This document shows positions 37,384-45,800 of a stretch of DNA of 64,000 nt, in pieces (positions within the stretch are counted from its first letter, which is position 1; each line of letters starts with the position of its first letter). The stretch comes from Planctomycetota bacterium. Lineage in GTDB: Bacteria > Planctomycetota > UBA8108 > SXIK01. The notes below the pieces were generated by a model that ran no database searches, was not told where the DNA came from, and saw only the letters and a program-made list of their open reading frames with translations. The position numbers and the translations under genes are program-made. The stretch spans positions 8,192,001 to 8,256,000 of the forward strand of contig OZ244999.1 in the NCBI GenBank assembly GCA_965223265.1. The letters are read 5' to 3'.

Positions 37384-39132
37384 TCACCAGAAAACCCAGA
37401 AGCTGAGATAGAGAGCGATCAGAACGATCACGACACCGAGGACCAGCGGCAGCGTCGAGCTGCGCTCGGGCTCGGCACCGACGTCCACGCGCTGCGCTTG
37501 CAGCTGGCTCTCGCGTAGCCAGCCGCTCGTCTCGGCGTGAAGGAGCTCACCTTTCGGTTCCAGTCCGCGCGCTAGCGAGACCAAGAGCATGGTCGCGGCC
37601 GTGACGACGACGCTGGCGAGCACCGTTGCTTCCGGGGTCAGAAGTGCCGGGGGAAGAATCAGCGCACCGCCGTTTCCTGCCAACCAGCGTGCCACGAGAG
37701 CCCAAGTTCCGTAGCCGAAGCCGACGATGATGCCGATGGCGCCCGACGATCTATGAGCGCGCGTGAGCGTGCCGACCAGGTAGACGACGAACAGTGGCAT
37801 GACGAAGGCGCCGACAACTTCGACGTAGAACTCGAACATACCTTCCTTGAGAAAAGGGATGTACACGAACGATCCGAAGATCACGAATGGGGTCGTCCAG
37901 CGTCCGACGAGCAAGTAGTGTCGGTCATCGCGGTCGCGGACGAGTAGGCGACCGTAGACGTCGCGTGTGAAGAGCGCGGAAAGCGTCGAGCCGATCGAAT
38001 CGTAGGTCGAGAGCGTCGCTGCGAGAATGCCCGCGACCACGATGCCTTTGATGCCGAGCGTTGCATAGTCACGCACGAGTGCAGGAAACACGGCATCCGC
38101 CGCGAGCTCAGGTGGCACTCCGAGCGAGTCCCGGGTTGGAAACAGAGCCCGGCCGATGACGCCCATGGTCAGATTGAGAAAGGACGCGGCGAGCATCGCG
38201 ACGCCGGCAACGACAATCGACATCTTGAGGTCCCATTCGCTTCGCGCTCCGAACATGCGCATCGATTGCGTGTGATTGACCACCGAGTAGGCAAGTCCGA
38301 GGATGATCAAGCTGACACAGACGAGCCAACCCGGTATGCGGTGTTCGATCGCTTTGAGAGTCGCGTCGTACGAGCCTCCGTAGCGGAGTTTCGCGTCAAC
38401 TTCTCCCTGCGAGAGATCGCTGACGTCCTCCCTTTCGACACGATCTGCACCGATATGAAGGAGCTGCTCGGCGGCAGCGGGATCTTCCTTTTGAATCGAC
38501 GTTCTGATCCCCTCCCAGCCGTCCACTGCTTGCCACACGACGACGAAGAGAACGATGCTCGCAAGGATCATGATGATCGATTGCAGGGCGTCCGTCAGCG
38601 CCACGGATCGAAGTCCGCCCACCATTGTGTAGGCCGTGGCGATGGCCGCCAAGAGAACGACCGCTGACCAGGCGGATCCGGTCGACCAGCCGCAGACGAC
38701 TGAGAGCGTCAGAAAGAGCGAATTGCTCATAATGCCGAGGACGGTCGTGCGGTAAAGGACCTGCACGATGACCGACGTCGCTCTGGCCGCCGGGCCGAAA
38801 CGCGCCTCGAGATACTCGGCGTTGGTGTACATGCCGGCGCGGTACATGCGGATGGCGATGAAGTGCACCATCAGGAACCAACCGCAAACAACGCCGACCC
38901 AGTTGACGAGGAGCACGGAGAGTCCTTTGCGATAGGTCACGCCTGCGTCGGCGACCAGGTCGCTGGCGTCAATCGCTGTCGCATAGAGCGACAGCCCGAC
39001 GATCCACCAAGGCAGGGTGCGACCTGCTAAGAACCAATCGCTGCTCGTCTTGGTGTCGCGCGCTCGAAAGAGCGTGTAGAGGATGATCGAACCGTTAAGC
39101 AGGATGACGATCAACCAGTCGAGCGTAGTCAT
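37384..39132 (-). CDS. Sodium:solute symporter (SSS) family transporter
   Basis: WFLAGRTLPWWIVGLS, EYLEARFG, YTMVGGLRSVALTDALQ, many TM segments. Confidence 0.9.
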   Translation of the reverse strand: MTTLDWLIVILLNGSIILYTLFRARDTKTSSDWFLAGRTLPWWIVGLSLYATAIDASDLVADAGVTYRKGLSVLLVNWVGVVCGWFLMVHFIAIRMYRAGMYTNAEYLEARFGPAARATSVIVQVLYRTTVLGIMSNSLFLTLSVVCGWSTGSAWSAVVLLAAIATAYTMVGGLRSVALTDALQSIIMILASIVLFVVVWQAVDGWEGIRTSIQKEDPAAAEQLLHIGADRVEREDVSDLSQGEVDAKLRYGGSYDATLKAIEHRIPGWLVCVSLIILGLAYSVVNHTQSMRMFGARSEWDLKMSIVVAGVAMLAASFLNLTMGVIGRALFPTRDSLGVPPELAADAVFPALVRDYATLGIKGIVVAGILAATLSTYDSIGSTLSALFTRDVYGRLLVRDRDDRHYLLVGRWTTPFVIFGSFVYIPFLKEGMFEFYVEVVGAFVMPLFVVYLVGTLTRAHRSSGAIGIIVGFGYGTWALVARWLAGNGGALILPPALLTPEATVLASVVVTAATMLLVSLARGLEPKGELLHAETSGWLRESQLQAQRVDVGAEPERSSTLPLVLGVVIVLIALYLSFWVFW

Positions 39133-39261
39133 AGAGAGTTCGTCAACAGGATGGGTTCAGGTGGGATTCTCTTCGTGCAGCGCGTCGCGGCTCGTAAGAG
39201 CGTCGTCGGAGACGCGAGAGGACCCGCAGGTTACGCGGAATTTCGCTGATTGTCCCGCGCT

Positions 39262-40428
39262 TTACGAGAAAATCTTGTCGTTGACCGTGACGCCAAGACC
39301 AGCGCCTGAAGGCGGCATCACCACCGCGCGCTGCGGCGTCGGTTCGCCGATAAAGATCGGCTCGATTTCCGCCGCCGGTAGCGAATCCCAGCACGGCAGC
39401 GGAAAGTATTCGACCATCGGGCAGCAGGGAGTGGCTGCCGCGAAGTGTAGGTGCGTGATCCCGTAGGCGTGCGGGATCAACGTCACACCAGCCGCAGCGG
39501 CGATCGCTGCGATCTTGCGCCCCTCGGTGAAACCGCCGCAGCGGCGAAGGTCTGGCTGGACGACATCCATCGCCTGTTTCTCGATGATCTGTTCAAAGCC
39601 GAACTTGGTGTACTCGTGCTCGCCGCCGGAGACCGGGATCGAGGTCTCTTGCCTCAGCTTCGCGTAGCTGTTGAGATCGTCGGGCATGAAGGGTTCCTCG
39701 ACCCACGCCAGACGGTAAGGCTCAAGCCGGCGGCACATCTTCTTGGCATACGTGAATTCCCAGCCCATGTAAGCGTCGGCCATGATCTCAACGTCAGGGC
39801 CGACAGCTTCGCGGACGTTCGCGACGTGCTCCTCGTTGCGTTTCATGCCGGCCGCGCCGTCGCCAGGCCCGCAGGGGAAACGCATTTTCATCGCGGTGTA
39901 GCCTTCGGCGACGTAGGCTCTCGCTTCCTCGTGCACCTTGTCGTGACCCACAGGATGGAGGGCAGAGGCGTAAACGGGAATCGACTCGCACACCGGCCCG
40001 CCGAGAAGCTCGTAGACCGGCTTTTCAAGCGCGCGCCCCATGAGATCCCAGAGCGCGATGTCGATGGCGCTGATCGCTTGCAGTGCGATCCCTTTGCGGC
40101 CGTAGGGCAGCGTGGCGCGGAACATTCGGTCCCAAAGGCCCTCGACCTCGAAAGGGTTCTGTCCGACGAGAAGTCGACTGAGATGCCTCTCGACGATGCG
40201 CCCTGTCGTTTCGCAGCCGTCCTCGCACCACCCGGTGCCGATGACGCCGGCATCGGTTTCGACGCGGACCACGGCCATACCGGAATCCCAGAACCAAGAA
40301 CCGCGCGTCGCCTTGAACTGGGTGTAGACGTCGAGCGGTGTTACCAGCGGCAGAGTCTTCTCGCGTTCAGCGAGGTGTCCCCAAATGGAACGCGCAGCGT
40401 GAGAGACTTGGACGCGAGTGATTTTCAT
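39262..40428 (-). CDS. Mandelate racemase/enolase-superfamily acid-sugar dehydratase (L-rhamnonate dehydratase-like)
   Basis: AISAIDIALWDL, KMR, MADAYMGW, WVEEP, GGEHEYT, QPDL..CGG, PH. ATG 40428 chosen as start. Confidence 0.85.
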   Translation of the reverse strand: MKITRVQVSHAARSIWGHLAEREKTLPLVTPLDVYTQFKATRGSWFWDSGMAVVRVETDAGVIGTGWCEDGCETTGRIVERHLSRLLVGQNPFEVEGLWDRMFRATLPYGRKGIALQAISAIDIALWDLMGRALEKPVYELLGGPVCESIPVYASALHPVGHDKVHEEARAYVAEGYTAMKMRFPCGPGDGAAGMKRNEEHVANVREAVGPDVEIMADAYMGWEFTYAKKMCRRLEPYRLAWVEEPFMPDDLNSYAKLRQETSIPVSGGEHEYTKFGFEQIIEKQAMDVVQPDLRRCGGFTEGRKIAAIAAAAGVTLIPHAYGITHLHFAAATPCCPMVEYFPLPCWDSLPAAEIEPIFIGEPTPQRAVVMPPSGAGLGVTVNDKIFS

Positions 40429-40559
40429 TGGCTTCTGCAGCGTTTTCGATGGTAGCGGTCGATCTGACCAGAATTCATCGGCGCGCTTGTGCACGTTCGG
40501 AGTGTGCCTGCTACTGTGGTGCGCCGAATGATAAACTCGAGGTGAATGGACGGCGAGGG

Positions 40560-42809
40560 TTACTGCTCTTTGGTTTGCTCTTCGCGTTGCCGAGCTCGGG
40601 CGCGCCGGTAGACTTCCTTTTTGAACGTTACGATCGGACCCTCGCGCTCGTCCGCCATCATGTAGAAACGGTACCCGAAGTGTTTCTCGAGCGGAATGCC
40701 GAGTTTGTCCTCGATCGCGCGCTGTGCCATCTGCCGATTGATCAGTTCTGGGTCGTCTAGTAACTCGGTCAAGCCGAAGAGCGCGAAGGCCGGCTTCGCT
40801 GTCGCGAACGCGTTGATCACTGCGAGGCGCGTCGGCGCGTGACGGCTTTCCACCCAATTGACACCAACGGGTGCGTTGGGCAATAAATAATTCTTGGCGA
40901 TCTTCTCCCGGTCGTACTCTTTGCCGTACCATTCTTTTAGATGGGAGAGCGTCCAGTTGATCGGTTTGTCGAGGTGACAAAGATTGCATGCGTTGGGCTG
41001 ATTCGCCTCGATCATCGCCGCGTTCGTCGGATTGAAAATGCGGTGTGTGCGTACGACATCCTGCAGGCCTTCGTTGATCTTGGGCATGTGACAGTTCATG
41101 CACCGACTGCCTTCGCTTTCCAGCTTGTGGTGCGTGTGCTCCATCAAAATGGTAGTGTCCGTAAACTGATCGTGGCAGTGGATGCACGAAGCATCATCTT
41201 CCTCTGGTGTGCGGCTCCACTCTTTGCCGATCGTTTTGTGCGGATTGTGGCAGTGCACGCAGGTTAGGTGCTCCATCGCCATCGATTCCGCCTTTTCAGG
41301 GTCATAGCAGTGGCCCCGGGAGGCGTCGCTGAACTCCGTCGAGTTCCAGGTGTCGATGCCGGCCGCGAATTGCGGTCGCGCGCCGGCATGGCACCGAGCG
41401 CAAGTCCAGTTGACATTTCGCGACGTATGTCCCCACACCGCATCACGGTTCTTTCCACTCGCAAAGACGTGAGTTCCGGCCGGGAAGAAGTACGGCATGC
41501 GCTCGCTGTCCTCGACGTGATAGCGCGCGCCGTTGTGGCATGCCTCGCAGCTGATCCCCAGGTTGACTGCGTATTCCTCGGCGGGAAGGCTGCCGATTTC
41601 GACCATGACTGCCTGCGCTTCGCGGGCATCCTTCGGCTCTCGACTCGTCTTGTCCGTGACGACACGCTCGAGGAGCTGAGGATGTTCGGAGTGGAGATAG
41701 CCCGAAGCGAAAAACGAAATATCATGCGGCGCGTGAGCCTGGGTGCGCGCAGTGCCGTGACGGCGCAGCAGCCAGTCGCCAGCTGGCTGCGTCGTGTGGC
41801 ACGAGGAACAGCCGATATCGTAGATCACTTTGCAGGGCTCGACGAACGGATCGTCGCGCAAGCGATCGGGGCCGATGTGGCCATCGACATGCACGAGTGG
41901 CACCCACCGCTTTTTGTCGAGCCAGTAGCCGAACGGCAGGACGTGGTCGACGCTCCACATGGCGTGGTCACGTGGTTCAGGGCCTTCGACTTGGAGGCCA
42001 ACGTAATACTGATAGAAGCGCGAACCAATCGTGCGGGAGATTTCGTAGACGCGGCGCAGGTCACCCTTGACGAGCGTCATGCGGTACGCCTTGCCATGGC
42101 GGTGAAAGGTGGCGCGCCCTCCCATGTACGATATGAACGCGTTCTTGCCACCGGAGAAATCACCTTTGACCGTCTCCGGAGTCGCCATGGCGTTCATCCA
42201 GCGGTGCGCGTGCTCCGACCACTGGGCATAGTTTTGCTCATGGCAGTCCCGGCAGGATTCAGCACCCGCGTAGTCGGAACGACGAATGTTGCTGACGCTG
42301 CCGGCGTCCAAGGCGCGGCGGCGCACCGACTCGGCGACGTCTCGCCACCAGACGACACCGTTGCGCTCGTTCGCTGGCGGCAGATCCACCCACTGTGGGC
42401 TGTTGAAGAAGATGCCGAAGCCGCGCTTTCCGGTGGCGGCCGATTCGAAGGGGGTGGCGTAAGGATCCTTTGACGAGCGATCCTGCGCCAGCGCGGTGCG
42501 CGTTGAAACGCCAAAGATCGCCGCGTCACCAGGTCCGCTCCTTGGGCCAGTGTGCCAATCAAGGTCTGCAGCTGCGACCCAAAGCGCGAGTGCTGCGCCG
42601 CAGGTGACAACCACAATTCGACGGCGATGACGTCTCACGTGCGAACCGATCTCGACTCGGTGAGTGTTCACTGGGCGTGACCAAATGAGTGTGAGCGTGT
42701 TCCGGAAGGCACGCTCTATTTTAGCAAGACTTGCCCTGCTATACCACGAGTGTGTCGACTTCGCCCCCCTCGATTCTCCTCCACCTGTCGCAGTGTGATC
42801 GCGCGCCAA
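40560..42809 (-). CDS. Octaheme c-type cytochrome
   Basis: Eight CxxCH: CRDCH, CSSCH, CEACH, CARCH, CVHCH, CIHCH, CMNCH, CNLCH; N-terminal hydrophobic segment. Start uncertain. Confidence 0.85.
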   Translation of the reverse strand: MARDHTATGGGESRGAKSTHSWYSRASLAKIERAFRNTLTLIWSRPVNTHRVEIGSHVRRHRRRIVVVTCGAALALWVAAADLDWHTGPRSGPGDAAIFGVSTRTALAQDRSSKDPYATPFESAATGKRGFGIFFNSPQWVDLPPANERNGVVWWRDVAESVRRRALDAGSVSNIRRSDYAGAESCRDCHEQNYAQWSEHAHRWMNAMATPETVKGDFSGGKNAFISYMGGRATFHRHGKAYRMTLVKGDLRRVYEISRTIGSRFYQYYVGLQVEGPEPRDHAMWSVDHVLPFGYWLDKKRWVPLVHVDGHIGPDRLRDDPFVEPCKVIYDIGCSSCHTTQPAGDWLLRRHGTARTQAHAPHDISFFASGYLHSEHPQLLERVVTDKTSREPKDAREAQAVMVEIGSLPAEEYAVNLGISCEACHNGARYHVEDSERMPYFFPAGTHVFASGKNRDAVWGHTSRNVNWTCARCHAGARPQFAAGIDTWNSTEFSDASRGHCYDPEKAESMAMEHLTCVHCHNPHKTIGKEWSRTPEEDDASCIHCHDQFTDTTILMEHTHHKLESEGSRCMNCHMPKINEGLQDVVRTHRIFNPTNAAMIEANQPNACNLCHLDKPINWTLSHLKEWYGKEYDREKIAKNYLLPNAPVGVNWVESRHAPTRLAVINAFATAKPAFALFGLTELLDDPELINRQMAQRAIEDKLGIPLEKHFGYRFYMMADEREGPIVTFKKEVYRRARARQREEQTKEQ

Positions 42810-42827
42810 GAGACCTTTTGCTCAAGC

Positions 42828-45800
42828 TCATGGACAAGCGGCGAAGCGCTGGCAATCGAGGTTGTCCGCGGTGGTGTCGTCGCCGCAACTGCCGAAGGGT
42901 GTAGGCAGCAGTCCCGCACCGACGAAGAGGTGGCGCAGGATCGCGACTCCGTCGGAAACGTTGAGTCTGCCGTCGTCGTTGGCATCACCGGCACGCACAC
43001 ACGTCGGCGTCCCGCCTTTTCGAAACAGGTAGTTGAGTACGAACAGCGCATCCCCCAGGTCAATCTCACCACTGGCGTCGGCGTCGCCGCGCTGAAAACG
43101 TGCGTCCAGCCGCTCAGGTGCGAGCGTACGGTCGTAGTTGTCGATCGTCGGAGTCACGATCACGTCGAAGTTCGCGTCGAGGAGTGAAACCGAAGCGGTG
43201 GTGCCAGCGAAGGGATCCGGCGCAACGATCTGGACGACGCTGACGGAGCTCGGAAGGCCCGAGGCATCCAGCGGCGGATCGAGGACAACCCAGTAACGGA
43301 CGCCGGTGTTGTGGCGTGCTGCGGAATAGACGAGATCCCAGTAGCTGTCGACGCGCCGGCGCTGGCCACCAAGCTCGACCTCGGCGTGCACCAGCGCTGC
43401 GGGTGCGGTATCAAAAAAGTTCTCAGCTTCCTCAAAGCGCTCCTCGAGCCGTATGCTGCCGAGGTCGCCGAGGTCGATCGCGATCTCCCAAAGCGGCAAG
43501 TCGTCGTAACTGCACGACCCGAAGTGGAGAAGAGGCAAGTCATTGATCGAACCGCGAAGCGACTCCTCGCCGACCAGCGTGACGAAGAACGCATCGTTGA
43601 GCGTTTGCGTCGCGTCGATCGCTTCGTCGCCGCGGGCGCGGTATTCAAGCGGCTGAGTGAGAGCAAGATCGATCGCACTGCCATCGGCGAGTACGAAGGA
43701 CTGACGGTAGGTGAAGCGGTAGAGCGTGATGTCGCCGTCGCCAGCCACACGGAGAACTCGCAGAAGACCGGGCGATGCCGGCACGGCGCTTTCCTGATCG
43801 GGACCGAGGCGGAGCTCGTCGACGAGATCGAGGCTTATCGTGTCGCGTGTCGTGTCGAGCTGGAATCGGCCGCTGCGCAGCTCGACAACGCTCTTGAGTC
43901 GGTACTCATCCTCGAGTCCGCGGTTGGAGCCGGCGAGATGAAAGACGCCGCAGGCGCGTGACCCAGGCGGGATCTCGAGCTCGAACGACGGCGTCGGTGG
44001 GATCGGTACCGAATGCAGAAACGGTCTCACTTGTTTGACGGCCAAGCTGCCATCCGGCTCGAGCTTGATCTCCATGTCGAGGAGAACTTCGTCGCGACTG
44101 TGCGTCCCGAGCTCGAGAGGAAAATTCGCATCGATGTGCCACATGAGCCGCCCGAGTTCCGAGAGCTCCGCATCGGAGAGCACCCACTCCCCTTCAGGAA
44201 GCAGAGTCGAGCCCTGAAGAGGCCGGATGATCCCGAGGACTTCACCGTTGAGCACTTCGAGCACATCTTTTTCGGCAAGCACGCCCGGCTCCGGCTGCAC
44301 GACGCTCGCTTCGCCGACCTGGACAGTGACGACATAGCGTCGATCGAGCGGGTTCGACAGGTTGCCGGTGAACGCGACGCCGTTAGCTGCTTCATCGAGA
44401 AAGGCGCGCGAAACAAGGATCCCCATGCCGACGCGGAGACCGTCGGCGTCGGACTCTGGCACGCCGAAAAAACTGCGCTCCTCGTAAGCTCTGAAGGTGT
44501 AGAGACTCGTCCAGACTTTTTTGAGTGCGCGCCGAATCGTTCGCTCACCCGATTTCGAAGCGTCGCAGAGTGACGGTCCTTCATCGTCTGCGTCGAGAGT
44601 GTCGTCGGCGCATACACCGGTCGATTCGTAGAGACCGGCGCCGTTGAACTCGAGCGCATCCTCGACATTCGACGACGATCGGAAACGCACGCTCGTGCGC
44701 GTCGACCCGAACACGTCACCGATGCGCTGCACCAATCGCTCGACGAGTGCGGGGTCAACCTCGCCGTGCTGCCGTGCAAAGTCGCGGAACGCGTCGAGTG
44801 CTGCGAAGCGGACCTCAGAATTGCTTTGAAACTCGTCTGAAGAGAAAAGCTCGAGGAGATGTTCCTCGTACGTCACCTCGCGAGCAGGATCGAGCGCGGA
44901 GGGCATCCGGTTGCCGCGCATGAACTCAAAGAAGTAGCGCGCAGGGATCGCAAATCCGTGCTCGCGGTACTGCGCCCACGGTCCTTCCAGGATGCGACCG
45001 AGGCGAGCTAGATTGGATGCTTTGCCCCCGAAGCGCGCCTCCGGCGGCGCCAACGTGCCGCTTAGATCCATGTCCCCGAGGCTCGAGAGCTCGTCGAATT
45101 CGCGGTCGATCTCAGGGAGTGTCGAAAGTTGCGGTCGGCTGTCGCTCCAAAACTCCTCTGCCTCTTCGACCGTCGCTTCGCGGAGGCGGAATTCCGTCGC
45201 TCCGACCTCGAGGCGGATGAGCTTGCCTTCGAAAGGGCTGAACGCTACGCGGGCCTCTTCGACGAAGGCGTTGGGCGTGTTGCGCCTCGCTGTGCGGATA
45301 GCGAGGTGACTCAGCTCCCCCTGTGGCGTGCCGGTGATGACGCCGCCGACGACACCCTCGATATCGGGCGGCGCCTCATCCAGAACGAGGATGTTCTGAA
45401 ACCCGATCTGGCCGTTGTCGTTTGCGGCCTCGAATCCATCGGCGTCGAGCACGCGCACACGTCCGAACCCGACTGCCTGCGTGTACGGCACGTACGCGTT
45501 TGTTCCGGAGCCGTCGTCAAGGAAGACGGGGAAGCCGGGGTCGCGCCACGCTGCCGCCGCTTCGCGAGCCGGGCGCGTGCTCGGGAAGTACCCGAGAGGC
45601 TGCAGGGAGAACGTGGCGCTTAAGTCGGCGCGCACGGCTGCGACTTCCTCGAGGCTGAGGAGCTCGTCCTCAGACGAAGGGTCGGTGAAGACGTCGAAGC
45701 CGTACGCCAGGCCGTCCGCCGTGCGGAGGCGGCTGATGACGCCGACAAAGTATTGGCGCTCGGCCCGCCGCGCGACGAGGCGATTGAAGTCGTCGATCGT

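Noticed and set aside
35871-37406. 511-aa plus-strand ORF (likewise 41268-42473 and 57579-58814)
   Set aside because: Antisense to well-supported genes, with no recognisable motifs.
40429-41187. N-terminal extension of the 641-aa dehydratase ORF
   Set aside because: Overlaps the octaheme gene in another frame; family similarity begins at MKITRV (40428).
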